Shown piece after piece: positions 36,969 to 46,992 of a stretch of DNA of 64,000 bases. The stretch covers positions 1,216,001 through 1,280,000 of the forward strand of contig CAXXXD010000003.1 in the NCBI GenBank assembly GCA_963663385.2, given 5' to 3'. The notes beneath the pieces were generated by a model. It was not told where the DNA came from, did no database searches, and saw only the letters and a list, made by a program, of their open reading frames with translations. Position 1 is the first letter of the stretch, and the number at the start of each line of letters is the position of its first letter. This DNA is from Oceanispirochaeta sp. GTDB lineage: Bacteria > Spirochaetota > Spirochaetia > DSM-2461. Both the position numbers and the translations under genes were made by a program.

Positions 36969-38963
36969 CTATTTCCAGGGGAGTCTGGCAAAATACTGCT
37001 GGGCTTCATTGGCATCTTCCACTTCCTCTTCGATCTCCATAGCTTCAAGAAGATCATCGGGGATCTCTTCCAGAAAGGGCGAAGGGGCGGAATCGATCAT
37101 TTCCCGCATCTGCCGCCTTTTCAAACAGGATGTAATAAAGAGTTTCTTTCTGGCCCTGGTAATTGCAACGTAGAAGAGTCGCCGTTCCTCTTCCACATTA
37201 GCCGGATCCTCACTGACAGCTCTTTCGTGCGGAATTATATCCCGCTCTACTCCAGCCAGAAAAACGACATCGAATTCCAGCCCTTTGGAGGCGTGGATTG
37301 TCATCAGGTTAACCTTTCCAGCGTCATCCTCATCCACATCGTCACGGGTAATCAGGGTAATCCTGTTCAGCCATTTCTGCAGGGTCGGTTCAAGATTGTC
37401 CGGATTTTTCTCCCAGCGGGCCATAAAGTCGAGGAACATGGTGATATTATCGTACTTCCATTTAGCCACTTTATCGTTGCTGGAGTGCTCCTGAAGGAGA
37501 TAGTCCCAGTAGTTGATTTCATCCACCAGCTCCACCCCCGTGGCAGCCAGAGCCGAACTCTCTTCAAAACGATCCCTGAAATCCTCAATAAGATCCACCA
37601 GTTCGGCAATTCCGTTCTTCAGCTTGGAAGCCAGATTCTCATCACCGGAAAAAAGCAATCCGGTCATACAGGAATAAAGGGATTCATTCCTTTTCTGAGA
37701 AGCTTCAACAAGGGTTTCCAGGGCTTTTTTCCCAATTCCACGACGGGGTGTATTAATAATCCGCAGAAGGTTAACATCATCATCGGGATTATTGATAACC
37801 CGCAGATAAGCAATTATATCCCGTATTTCGGCACGCTGAAAGAAACTGGTCCCTCCGGACATGGTATAGGGGATATTATTACTCAACAGAGCATCTTCAA
37901 TCGCTTTACTCAAGCTGTTCGTACGGATAAGGATTCCAAACTGATCATACTTCATATGTTCCTTCATCCGCAGGGATGCGATGGTGGAAGCAATAAAATC
38001 CCCCTCGTCCTTGTCATCGTCAGGGAGGGAGTGTTTGATCGTCATCTCATTATGGGAAATTTCTGTCCAGAGTTCTTTCAGTTTTCTGTTTGTGTTATTG
38101 GCAATTACCGCATTGGCCGCTTTAAGAATTGTACCGGTGGATCGGTAATTTCTTTCAAGCTTGATCTCCTTAAGTTCCGGATAGTCCTGTTCAAACTGCA
38201 GAATATTGCCATAATTGGCACCCCGCCAGGAGTAGATAGACTGATCATCGTCTCCTACACAGCAGATATTCCTGTATTTGTTAGCCAGCAGGTGAAGAAA
38301 TCGGTATTGAATAGTAGAAGTATCCTGAAACTCGTCGACCATTATATAACGGAATCTGTTCTGATACTGTTCAAGGATATCCGCCCGCTCTTCCATTAGC
38401 CGGATGGGCAATACAATGAGGTCGTCGAAATCTACGGCATTGTAGATTCGCATATGCTCTTCGTACTCCCTGTACAGCGGTTTATGCTGGTCAATCGTAT
38501 TATCCCAGGGCTGTCTTTCTGTCTTGATGGAACCAAACAGATTTGCCAGTTCCATCAGCTCGGGATTTTCGTATTTCAGCTTTAATTCACGGGCCGCTTC
38601 TTTCAGACAGGAGATTTTATCGCCCGTATCGTAGATGGAAAAGTTGGGCCGGAAGCCCATATCAGCATAGTGTTCCCGAAGAACCTTTACACCGAAGGCA
38701 TGAAAAGTTGAAACCGTCAGGTTCGTCAGCTTTTTTCCCGTAAGGGACTTTACACGCTCTTCCATCTCACGGGCAGCCTTGTTTGTAAATGTCATGGCCA
38801 GAATCTGGGACTGGGGAATGCCATGATTCAGCATGTTGGCGATACGGCTGGTAATCACGCCGGTTTTCCCGCTGCCTGCTCCGGCAATTATTAAAAGAGG
38901 TCCGTTTAATGTGTCTACAGCAAGTTTCTGTTCCGGATTAAGTCTGAGTTTGCTCAAATCCAC
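36969..38963 (-). CDS. UvrD/Rep superfamily 1 DNA helicase
   Basis: 'AGAGSGKT', 'TFTNKAA', 'VDEFQD', 'GDDDQSIY', 'NYRS', 'TIHASKGLEF' and 'EERRLFYVAITRA' motifs. It lacks the C-terminal extension of UvrD/PcrA, so is Rep-like. Confidence 0.95.
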   Translation of the reverse strand: MDLSKLRLNPEQKLAVDTLNGPLLIIAGAGSGKTGVITSRIANMLNHGIPQSQILAMTFTNKAAREMEERVKSLTGKKLTNLTVSTFHAFGVKVLREHYADMGFRPNFSIYDTGDKISCLKEAARELKLKYENPELMELANLFGSIKTERQPWDNTIDQHKPLYREYEEHMRIYNAVDFDDLIVLPIRLMEERADILEQYQNRFRYIMVDEFQDTSTIQYRFLHLLANKYRNICCVGDDDQSIYSWRGANYGNILQFEQDYPELKEIKLERNYRSTGTILKAANAVIANNTNRKLKELWTEISHNEMTIKHSLPDDDKDEGDFIASTIASLRMKEHMKYDQFGILIRTNSLSKAIEDALLSNNIPYTMSGGTSFFQRAEIRDIIAYLRVINNPDDDVNLLRIINTPRRGIGKKALETLVEASQKRNESLYSCMTGLLFSGDENLASKLKNGIAELVDLIEDFRDRFEESSALAATGVELVDEINYWDYLLQEHSSNDKVAKWKYDNITMFLDFMARWEKNPDNLEPTLQKWLNRITLITRDDVDEDDAGKVNLMTIHASKGLEFDVVFLAGVERDIIPHERAVSEDPANVEEERRLFYVAITRARKKLFITSCLKRRQMREMIDSAPSPFLEEIPDDLLEAMEIEEEVEDANEAQQYFARLPWK

Positions 38964-38983
38964 CTGTTAGAATCCTTAAATAT

Positions 38984-39466
38984 TTAATGTATATCTTTAA
39001 TAAAAAGGGAAAATGCCCCATGTCCGAAAAGAACAATTGATGTAACAATTGTTCCGGATATTATTACCCCAATCAAAACACTTAAAAAAATCTTTCTTTT
39101 TTCAAGCCCCAGAATCCAGGCTCCCAATGTTCCAGTATAGGCTCCGGTTATGGGAAGTGGAATAGCCACAAACAGGGTCACACCCAAATATCCGTATTTC
39201 TCTACTTTATCGTGAAGCTTATTACGGGCATTTTCAATAATCCGGTCAAAAAGGTTTTTATAAAAACTCCACTTATAAAATAATTTATGAAAGGTTGCAA
39301 GAAATATATAAACCAGAGGAGCTACAAGCGCATTAAGTCCGACGCAAACAGGCCAGGCAATATAAAACGGTATTTCATTGGCCAAAGCGAATGGAATGGC
39401 TCCTCTTAATTCCGATATGGGAAGCAAAGCGAGTAGAACCGTCCAGAACCACGTTGTTATGCTCAT
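38984..39466 (-). CDS. COG2426 'small multidrug export' membrane protein
   Basis: 'LPISELRGAIP' and 'FVAIPLPITGAYTG' motifs. Confidence 0.88.
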   Translation of the reverse strand: MSITTWFWTVLLALLPISELRGAIPFALANEIPFYIAWPVCVGLNALVAPLVYIFLATFHKLFYKWSFYKNLFDRIIENARNKLHDKVEKYGYLGVTLFVAIPLPITGAYTGTLGAWILGLEKRKIFLSVLIGVIISGTIVTSIVLFGHGAFSLFIKDIH

Positions 39467-39603
39467 GTATTCTCCTATACTATAAGTATTCTATGAATTA
39501 TTTTATACTTTTTTAATATAATCTCAGGATTAATATCAAAAAAAATGAGTATTCTCAATAGTGCTTTTTAAGTTATAGTACAATTCATGAAAGGAAGAAT
39601 GGC

Positions 39604-40494
39604 GTGTTTGATGTAATGCAATGGAAAAACTCACCTGTAGCGGCAGATGGTGCGTGGGGCACTCAATTACTGAATGCCGGTCTGGCACAGGGAGATTCTC
39701 CCGAACTATGGAATTTAAGCCGGCCAGAAATAGTACAGTCAATTGCCAGATCTTATGCGGAGGCGGGAAGCGGGATTATTCTGACCAATACATTTGGCGG
39801 ATCATCTGTCAAACTGGCTCATACAGGTAATGAAGATAAAATGTACGAAATAAACCGGACAGGGGCTCGACTGACAAAAGAAGCGGGCGGGGGAGAATAT
39901 CTCACTGCTGGTGATATCGGTCCTACAGGTAAAATGATTTTTATGGGAGAACTCAGTCCGGAGGAGACGGAAGATACCTTTGCCCGTCAAGCCGAAGCGT
40001 TGAGGGAGGGCGGTGCTGATCTGATTGTACTGGAAACTTTTATTGATCTTATGGAAATAACAGCAGCTTTAAAAGGTGCAATAAAAGGTGCCGGCTGTCC
40101 TGTCGTATGTTCCATGACCTACGATCCCATGGAAGACGGTTCCTTTCGTACTGTTATGGGAACCAGCCCTGAAGAGGCTGTTGCAACTCTGGAAGAAGCC
40201 GGTGCCAGTATAATCGGAGCAAATTGTGGAACCGGTATTGATTCCTATGTTAATCTGGCTTCTCAATTATGTGGTTTAACAGAAAAACCTGTCTGGATTA
40301 AAGCTAATGCAGGCCTTCCGGTATTAATGGATAACAAGGTTACTTATCCCATGACGCCCGACGAGTATTCCTCTTATGTTCCGGCTCTTCTTGAAGCCGG
40401 AGTCTCCATAATCGGAGGCTGTTGCGGAACCGATCCTGCCCACATCCGCGGTATTGTCCAAAAAATCAATAATTATAAAGGAAGCGGTAACTGA
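39604..40494 (+). CDS. Homocysteine S-methyltransferase domain protein (stand-alone MetH N-terminal domain)
   Basis: 'DGAWGT', 'TNTFG', 'GDIGPTG', 'ETF', 'GANC', 'ANAGLP' and 'GGCCGT' (Zn ligands) motifs. Confidence 0.92.
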   Translation: MFDVMQWKNSPVAADGAWGTQLLNAGLAQGDSPELWNLSRPEIVQSIARSYAEAGSGIILTNTFGGSSVKLAHTGNEDKMYEINRTGARLTKEAGGGEYLTAGDIGPTGKMIFMGELSPEETEDTFARQAEALREGGADLIVLETFIDLMEITAALKGAIKGAGCPVVCSMTYDPMEDGSFRTVMGTSPEEAVATLEEAGASIIGANCGTGIDSYVNLASQLCGLTEKPVWIKANAGLPVLMDNKVTYPMTPDEYSSYVPALLEAGVSIIGGCCGTDPAHIRGIVQKINNYKGSGN

Positions 40495-41324
40495 TAACGG
40501 GCCAGATCCCGTAACAGGTTATACATATTTTTCATAGCCGTATCCTGCAGAGTTTCTATTGAATCCTGCAGGGTATGGTTTACTTTCCAGGACTCCGGAA
40601 AGCGGTTGCTGTCTTTCTTCCACTGCTCAGCTTCTTTCCAGGGAAGCTGAGATAACTGAATAGCAGGCATACCGCTCAGAATGAACCCCAGATCATCAGA
40701 GAACAGTGTGTTCACCGCCATATCAGACTGACGGCTGTAGCGGTAGAAAAGCTCCGATAGTGACTCATATAGAGAATCAATAGTTCGAACCAGTCCGGGA
40801 GCCAGTTCCTGACCGGACTCTTCGGTATTCAGCTTGTTGGTGTTTTTTCCCCAAACCAGAGTGTCACCTATTCCACACATATCAAGCACAATGAAGAGGT
40901 GTCCCTCACCGAGGGTCTCCTTCCAGTATTGTCCCAGTTGATAGGCGCCCTGATCGAATAGGTTTTTTCCTTCTGTCCGCTCTTCACGATCTGTAAAGAG
41001 TATCATTGTATTATGGGAAAAGTCGGCATTCCTGAGGATCTCAAGGTGCTTTAACAGTATAAAAATCGAAGCGCTGTTATCGTTGGCCCCCGGTGATCCT
41101 TCCACTCTGTCATAATGAGCGGTCAGAACTTTCATATAATGATCAGACAGGGGGGCTTTACACCCGGAAGGTCTGATTAAAAGGTGATGCCCCCCCTGAT
41201 TCAGTTCACAATAACCTATTTTTTTCCATTCGAGAAACGTTTTCAGGAATTCAAGCCTGTTACAGTCAAGGCGGCAAAATGCCCTGAGCATTTCCTCCAT
41301 CCGATTATTTTCTACCGGTTTCAT
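40473..41324 (-). CDS. M28-family Zn peptidase (no signal peptide)
   Basis: 'AHYD', 'GANDNS', 'DREE', 'LDMCG' and C-terminal 'HTLQD' motifs. Confidence 0.85.
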   Translation of the reverse strand: MKPVENNRMEEMLRAFCRLDCNRLEFLKTFLEWKKIGYCELNQGGHHLLIRPSGCKAPLSDHYMKVLTAHYDRVEGSPGANDNSASIFILLKHLEILRNADFSHNTMILFTDREERTEGKNLFDQGAYQLGQYWKETLGEGHLFIVLDMCGIGDTLVWGKNTNKLNTEESGQELAPGLVRTIDSLYESLSELFYRYSRQSDMAVNTLFSDDLGFILSGMPAIQLSQLPWKEAEQWKKDSNRFPESWKVNHTLQDSIETLQDTAMKNMYNLLRDLARYQLPLPL

Positions 41325-42445
41325 ATTCGTCCGATACGGATGGCATCAACAGGACAAATTTCATGACAACAGTAACAGCGTATACACTTCTGATAATTTA
41401 TATGGATTTTTTTCCTTTGAGTATCCCCTATAAAAGAGAGGGCTTCCGCCGGACATATTTCGATGCACTTCCCGCAGCGGATACATTTGGAATGTGAAAA
41501 AAAAGGGCGGGGTACATAAAGGTCTTTGAGAAAATTAAAAACCCTTTCAGGCAGAATCTTTCTGATAAATCCTGTGTCTTTCAGAATTTTGACCCGTTTG
41601 AAATCCCTGGAACGCAGCTCCCCAGGATTAAGTAGGGGATAGGTGATCTCTTCCGGGGAATCAAGCCAGATGCCCCGTTCAAGTGCGTCCTTCAGGATCG
41701 GAATCTCCCTGCTGTCATACCCCATAATCTCTGCCATAGACCAGTCCAGCGCCAGAAGATTAGAAGATCCGGCCAGTAGTCCGAGCGATTTGGGATACCC
41801 GCTGCCGGGACCGGGCCCTTCCATGGCAACAATACCATCCATAATGGCATACGATGGTTTTACAGTTGAAAGGAGATCGACAATCATGGCTGCAAAATCT
41901 TCCTTTTCGGGAAAGTTGAAATGAAAACGGGATTTTTTCAGCCCCGGGATCAATCCGAAAAGATTTTTAATAGCCCCAGTATAGTACATCATTTCATGGG
42001 TTTTCATCTTGGGAAGGGATATCAGAATATCTGCCTGGGACAGCTGAAGAGCGGGATAAAACTGCTTCTGCTTTTTCCCGTCAGGGTTTTTCAACAGGTA
42101 CGATTCATTAAATACAACCCATTCGGCGCCCTCTTCCTCCACTACTTTTTTTATCCCGCATTTTCTGCCGGCAGCGTCCGCCGAGCCGATACCGGGGGAA
42201 TCTCCCGTCATGATGCGGGATGCTCCTTTTTTAAAAAGCAGCCTAATTACGGCTCTTACAACTTCCGGATGGGTGGTTACAGCTTTCTCGGGAAGTGAAC
42301 CGGAAAGAATATTCGGTTTTAATAATACGGATTTCCCTTTTACATCGGGGAAATCCGTATTATCTGTAATTGATTCAATTGCTTTCTCCAGTAAATCCGG
42401 GGAATATTTTTCGCATCTCTTAATTGCTACTATTGCTTTGCTCAT
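41321..42445 (-). CDS. DUF362-domain protein with a C-terminal 2x[4Fe-4S] ferredoxin
   Basis: 'VLLKPN', 'TTHP', 'PKMKTH', 'KNLFG' and 'MEGPGP' motifs; CxxCxxCxxxCP twice. Confidence 0.92.
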   Translation of the reverse strand: MSKAIVAIKRCEKYSPDLLEKAIESITDNTDFPDVKGKSVLLKPNILSGSLPEKAVTTHPEVVRAVIRLLFKKGASRIMTGDSPGIGSADAAGRKCGIKKVVEEEGAEWVVFNESYLLKNPDGKKQKQFYPALQLSQADILISLPKMKTHEMMYYTGAIKNLFGLIPGLKKSRFHFNFPEKEDFAAMIVDLLSTVKPSYAIMDGIVAMEGPGPGSGYPKSLGLLAGSSNLLALDWSMAEIMGYDSREIPILKDALERGIWLDSPEEITYPLLNPGELRSRDFKRVKILKDTGFIRKILPERVFNFLKDLYVPRPFFSHSKCIRCGKCIEICPAEALSFIGDTQRKKIHINYQKCIRCYCCHEICPVDAIRIGRI

Positions 42446-42451
42446 ACTTCA

Positions 42452-42478
42452 TTATCGGCTGCTGTGTCTTGATTTTTA
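42452..42478 (-). promoter_or_regulatory. Perfect sigma-28 consensus promoter for the DUF362-M28 operon
   Basis: TAAA-N15-GCCGATAA, 6 nt before the ATG at 42445, with no SD. Confidence 0.7.
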
Positions 42479-42544
42479 AGGCCTTGGCAGAGTATTGTAA
42501 TTAAAGAATTTATATCATTTTTTGATAAATAGAGAGGTATTATT

Positions 42545-44200
42545 GTGGTTGAACCGCTTAAGAAATTAAACTCCTTCCAGAAAAGACGGGGACCCGTTGT
42601 CCTTTGTATTATGGATGGAGTCGGATATGGTAAATACGAAGAAGGTGATGCCTATAAAGCAGCAATCACCGAAACACTGGATTATTTGACGGCAAACTGT
42701 CCGGTTACCAGCCTGAAAGCCCATGGAACGGCTGTAGGTCTTCCCTCCGATGAGGATATGGGTAACTCAGAAGTCGGACATAACGCTATCGGATGCGGCA
42801 GGGTTTTTGCTCAGGGTGCCAAACTGGTTGCCAACTCTATTGATACCGGAGCCATGTTTACAGGGGACACCTGGAATAAACTTATAGAAAACGCCATAAG
42901 TAATGAGGGAATAATGCACTTTATCGGGCTTCTGTCCGATGGAAATGTTCACTCCCATATTGATCACCTTAAAGCAATGGTCGTAAAAGCCAAAGAAGCA
43001 GGTGTTAAGGGTGTTCGGGTACATGCGCTTCTGGATGGAAGGGATGTCGGTGAAACCTCAGCTCTGGATTATTTTGACCCCATGGAAGCATTTCTGGCGG
43101 AACTGTCTGATGATTCCTTTACTGCCTGTATCGCTTCCGGCGGCGGACGAATGCAGATAACCATGGACCGGTATGAAGCCCACTGGGCAATGGTAGAGAA
43201 GGGCTGGAAAACACATGTTCTGGGAGAAGGGGAACTCTTTTCTTCTGCTCATGAAGCAATTGTTTCTCTCAGGGAAAGAGCGGAAGTCATTGACCAGGAT
43301 CTTCCTCCCTTTGTGATTGCCGACGAAGACGGTCCTGTCGGAACCATTCAGGATGGAGACAGTGTTATCCTTTTCAACTTTCGCGGAGACAGGGCACTTG
43401 AAATTACGGCCGCCTTTGAAGGGGGCGAGGATTTTAATAAATTCGACAGGGTAAGGGTACCCAGAGTTGAATACGCCGGAATGATGGAGTATGACGGAGA
43501 CCTTCATGTTCCCGCTCAGTACCTTGTTAATCCCCCCACCATTAATAGAACAATGGCAGAATATCTGTGTGCCAATGGTGTTAAACAGTTCTCAATCAGT
43601 GAAACCCAGAAGTACGGTCATGTAACCTACTTTTTCAATGGAAACAAATCCGGTAAATTCAATGAAGAACTGGAAACATATGTGGAAATCCCTTCTGATG
43701 TAGTTCCTTTTGAACAGCGTCCTGCCATGAAGTGTGCCGAAATTACGGATAAACTGATTGAGGTAATAGGGAGCGGCGAATACGATTTTATCAAGCTGAA
43801 CTTCCCCAATGGAGATATGGTTGGCCATACAGGTGTTTTCCAGGCTGTTGTCTGTTCCATGGAAGCTATGGATCTGAATATCGGACGTCTGAAAACTGCC
43901 GTGGAAAAAGCCGGAGGAGTACTGCTTCTGACCGCTGATCATGGGAATTCCGATGATATGTACGAACATAATAAAAAAACCGGAGAGGTTTCCATGAATG
44001 AAAATGGAAAGCCAAAAGCCAAGACGGCTCATTCCCTGAATCCCGTTCCCTGTATCATCTATGATCCTGAATTCAAGAATGACTATTCTACGACTCTGAA
44101 AGAAGGTTTGGGAATCAGCTCGGTTACCGCCACCTGTCTTAACCTGCTGGGCTTTGAAGCTCCTGCGGATTATGATGAAAGTATACTGAATCTTAAATAG
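42545..44200 (+). CDS. gpmI: 2,3-bisphosphoglycerate-independent phosphoglycerate mutase
   Basis: 'MGNSEVGH', 'SDGNVHSH', 'DGRD', 'NFRGDR', 'DMVGHTG' and 'TADHGN' motifs. Confidence 0.97.
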   Translation: MVEPLKKLNSFQKRRGPVVLCIMDGVGYGKYEEGDAYKAAITETLDYLTANCPVTSLKAHGTAVGLPSDEDMGNSEVGHNAIGCGRVFAQGAKLVANSIDTGAMFTGDTWNKLIENAISNEGIMHFIGLLSDGNVHSHIDHLKAMVVKAKEAGVKGVRVHALLDGRDVGETSALDYFDPMEAFLAELSDDSFTACIASGGGRMQITMDRYEAHWAMVEKGWKTHVLGEGELFSSAHEAIVSLRERAEVIDQDLPPFVIADEDGPVGTIQDGDSVILFNFRGDRALEITAAFEGGEDFNKFDRVRVPRVEYAGMMEYDGDLHVPAQYLVNPPTINRTMAEYLCANGVKQFSISETQKYGHVTYFFNGNKSGKFNEELETYVEIPSDVVPFEQRPAMKCAEITDKLIEVIGSGEYDFIKLNFPNGDMVGHTGVFQAVVCSMEAMDLNIGRLKTAVEKAGGVLLLTADHGNSDDMYEHNKKTGEVSMNENGKPKAKTAHSLNPVPCIIYDPEFKNDYSTTLKEGLGISSVTATCLNLLGFEAPADYDESILNLK

Positions 44201-44230
44201 AATTTTTTAGAGACGGGTTTGTATTGAACT

Positions 44231-44269
44231 GCCCCCAAATGTTGGAGAATATTTGGGGGGCTCTGTTTT
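44231..44269. terminator. Terminator between the convergent gpmI and HEAT genes
   Basis: GCCCCCAAATGTT-GGAG-AATATTTGGGGGC followed by TCTGTTTTT. Confidence 0.75.
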
Positions 44270-46490
44270 ATGGAAGTTTTCCTGCATTGATTTTTTCAAT
44301 AGCCCATAATGTATATCTGCGGACTTTTTTGTCCGGATCATTTTTTAGACTTTCCAGGATCTGTTCACTGTCATCATTGCGTAATTTTTCCATGGCCCGT
44401 ATGGAAAGAATCCGGATTTCCCTGCTGATATCCTTTACGGCATAAATCAGGCCATGCCAGGCCTTTACCGTACCAATAAGAATCAGATCTTCAGCCGCAT
44501 CTTTCCGTATTTTCTGTTTTCTGTTTTTAAGCCTTTTAATACAGATGTCAACATAACCTGTTTCATCCAGTATCTCGGAAATTGATCTATGCAATACGGC
44601 GTATTCTGCATTCCCCAGTATTTCCATAAGAGGCATTTCAAAGAGATCTCCTCCTCTGGAAAACAGTTTTATAAGTGATTGCCGGCAAACGGGAGTGCTG
44701 TCTTTGAAGAACATGACAAGTTCCTTTACCTCTGCATCAGATTTCTTATTGAGTAGAGCATGAATCAGAACATCCTCCAAATCGGGTTTCAATTCAAATA
44801 ATGGGACAAGGAGGGATAGGGAAATAATATTACAGGAGTACCCCAGTGCTTCGATAATAGAAAGAAGAACCGTTTCTTCCTCGTTAGGATCATTCAGTAT
44901 CCCCTTTAGAATCTGAAAAGAATCATCCTTATTCCACTGAATAAGGGCCCGGGATGTCTCGGCTCTTACTTTTTCTATGGGATCGTAGAGAAGATTTTGC
45001 ATCATATCCAGTGATTCCGTGTTATCAAGATCAACTAAAGCCCAAATTGCCGTAATCCGGGAGCTTGGATCGCTATCACTAAGGGATTCCTGGATTTCAG
45101 TAAGGAAGTCATGAATTCCTGTAAGAGCAATTAAACGAATCAGAGACTGTCTGACATCACCGTCACACTCTTTAAAAAGGTAGGCCGCCGTTTCAAGAAA
45201 TGATTCACGCGACCAGTGTAGAGTGGAACAACCAATGTCCTGAAGCTCCTCACGAGAAAATACAGGCAGGTTTTCCAGTATAAACTGAACAGTACTCTGT
45301 TCTCCAAAGTGGCAGAGGATTGACAGGGCTCTTTTTTTTACTCTGCTGTCCACTTCATTGCTGCGGACAAGATCATACATATCCCGTATAGAATAGGATT
45401 TTGGAAAACGCTGAAAACTGTCTATCAGGGCTTTTTCAGAAACAAATGACGGATTTTTCAGAAACTGTAGGAGAAGGGGATAAATCTCGACCGCTCCGTG
45501 TTCTGGAATATTCTCAAGAATAGTATTTAATATAACTTTATCATTAATATGATCATTTAATATCTGCCTTAGAAGTTCATAACTTTTACTTGTTTTTATG
45601 GAGAGCAGACATTCTACTGCCGTTTTCCGCGTCTTTTTTACCAAAAGGTTGGGATCACTGCTTTTCATTAAAAGTTCTATTATTGTTTCGCCAATCTTGC
45701 TGACAGCTCCGGCTGCCAATAATTCGATACCCAGAATAAGAGAACCTGCTGATTTAAAATTCTCCTTATGATCCAGAAAAGAACTGATCTGGCAGTGTAT
45801 AGCGGCGGCCAGAAGCTTTTTCCTGCGATTATAGTCTGCCATATCAGATAGGGTTGCCTCTTTGATCATACGATCGAAACACCCCTCCCTTTCCAGATAC
45901 AGAGAAGCGGCCAAGGCTGTGCCGCTATCCTTTTCCTGAAGAAAATGAATGGCCAGATCATGATCCATTGATGAGTCTTTATCCAGTAATTCTATGCAAT
46001 GTATTTTTTCTCTTCTTTCCAGATTCTCAGGATTTATAGTAAACAGATCCGAAAAATCTTTCCGGATTCTTTCCCGGGCAGCTTTTCGGACAGCCCAATT
46101 GGCATCTCTTAAATAGATTCTATAAATTCTGTTATAGAATTTTTGTCTGTCTTCAGGGCAGAAACGATTCAGTATTAAAATACGTATGCCGTAATAAGAG
46201 TCATCCAGAGAGTCCCAGATTAAGCGATTGGCTATACTGCTACCTGAGTACATGAGAATAGACAATGCCTGATAACGCAGGTGGATTCGGCTGCTGGACG
46301 CCAGTAAAAGGAGTTCTTCCTCCCAGTCAAGAAGAAGGGATTTCCAGGGTTGATTCATTTCAGAAAATTTTGGTCCCTCAAATTGGCTAGTAAGCCAGTT
46401 CAAAATATCCTGATCACCCATTAGCTCTTTCAGCTTTATTTTGCCTGATGGGGTATTTTTCAGTTGGAAAAGGAGATTTTTGTTTTTCAC
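44268..46490 (-). CDS. HEAT-repeat protein
   Basis: Repeated HEAT units ('DANWAVRKAA', 'DPIEKVRAETSRAL', 'DPDKKVRRYTLWAI'). Confidence 0.82.
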   Translation of the reverse strand: MKNKNLLFQLKNTPSGKIKLKELMGDQDILNWLTSQFEGPKFSEMNQPWKSLLLDWEEELLLLASSSRIHLRYQALSILMYSGSSIANRLIWDSLDDSYYGIRILILNRFCPEDRQKFYNRIYRIYLRDANWAVRKAARERIRKDFSDLFTINPENLERREKIHCIELLDKDSSMDHDLAIHFLQEKDSGTALAASLYLEREGCFDRMIKEATLSDMADYNRRKKLLAAAIHCQISSFLDHKENFKSAGSLILGIELLAAGAVSKIGETIIELLMKSSDPNLLVKKTRKTAVECLLSIKTSKSYELLRQILNDHINDKVILNTILENIPEHGAVEIYPLLLQFLKNPSFVSEKALIDSFQRFPKSYSIRDMYDLVRSNEVDSRVKKRALSILCHFGEQSTVQFILENLPVFSREELQDIGCSTLHWSRESFLETAAYLFKECDGDVRQSLIRLIALTGIHDFLTEIQESLSDSDPSSRITAIWALVDLDNTESLDMMQNLLYDPIEKVRAETSRALIQWNKDDSFQILKGILNDPNEEETVLLSIIEALGYSCNIISLSLLVPLFELKPDLEDVLIHALLNKKSDAEVKELVMFFKDSTPVCRQSLIKLFSRGGDLFEMPLMEILGNAEYAVLHRSISEILDETGYVDICIKRLKNRKQKIRKDAAEDLILIGTVKAWHGLIYAVKDISREIRILSIRAMEKLRNDDSEQILESLKNDPDKKVRRYTLWAIEKINAGKLP

Positions 46491-46502
46491 GATACAAACC
46501 TT

Positions 46503-46979
46503 TTACTGCTGGAGTATATTTGAACAGATTTCATTTAGAATGCATAAGTCCCGGTACTTTTTACTCCCATAATAATTCAAATTACGGCTGTTCAATACTA
46601 CGATATCAGAAACAATCCCTTTTTTAAACAGCGGAAGTGCCATGGCGCTGTTCATTTTTTCATGAAAAAGCATATGATACAGAAAATTATCATCTTTTTT
46701 ATTCCTGATCATGATTTCTCCGCTTTCAAGGATAAAATCCACCCATTCAATTTGATACGAAAGAAGAGCGGGTACTTCATAAATACCCATCTTTGATTTT
46801 AGCCGGAATTCATTTTTTTTATCTGATTCGTCAAGAGTATACCAGGCTGTCAGATCTGAAGAGGACAAATCAAAAGAAGTCTGCGTATAGGATAGGATTA
46901 TGCCGGCTCTCCCTCTGGTTAAATCCGGTTTAAAAAGCAGTAGATCTGTTTCAGAGGAGGGAGAGTTACGAAATGGCAT
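46503..46979 (-). CDS. Hypothetical protein, possibly GAF-like
   Basis: AGGAG SD; 'NSAMALPLFKKGIVSDIVVLNS' resembles the C-terminal strands of GAF domains. Confidence 0.55.
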   Translation of the reverse strand: MPFRNSPSSETDLLLFKPDLTRGRAGIILSYTQTSFDLSSSDLTAWYTLDESDKKNEFRLKSKMGIYEVPALLSYQIEWVDFILESGEIMIRNKKDDNFLYHMLFHEKMNSAMALPLFKKGIVSDIVVLNSRNLNYYGSKKYRDLCILNEICSNILQQ

Positions 46980-46992
46980 GAAAAGCTCCTGG

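Noticed and set aside
36909..38399. 496-aa ORF on the + strand
   Set aside because: Antisense shadow of the Rep/UvrD helicase, with no motifs and a composition typical of reverse-complemented codons.
39467..39603. SAM riboswitch or T-box before the homocysteine methyltransferase
   Set aside because: A short, AT-rich divergent intergenic region lacking the conserved motifs.
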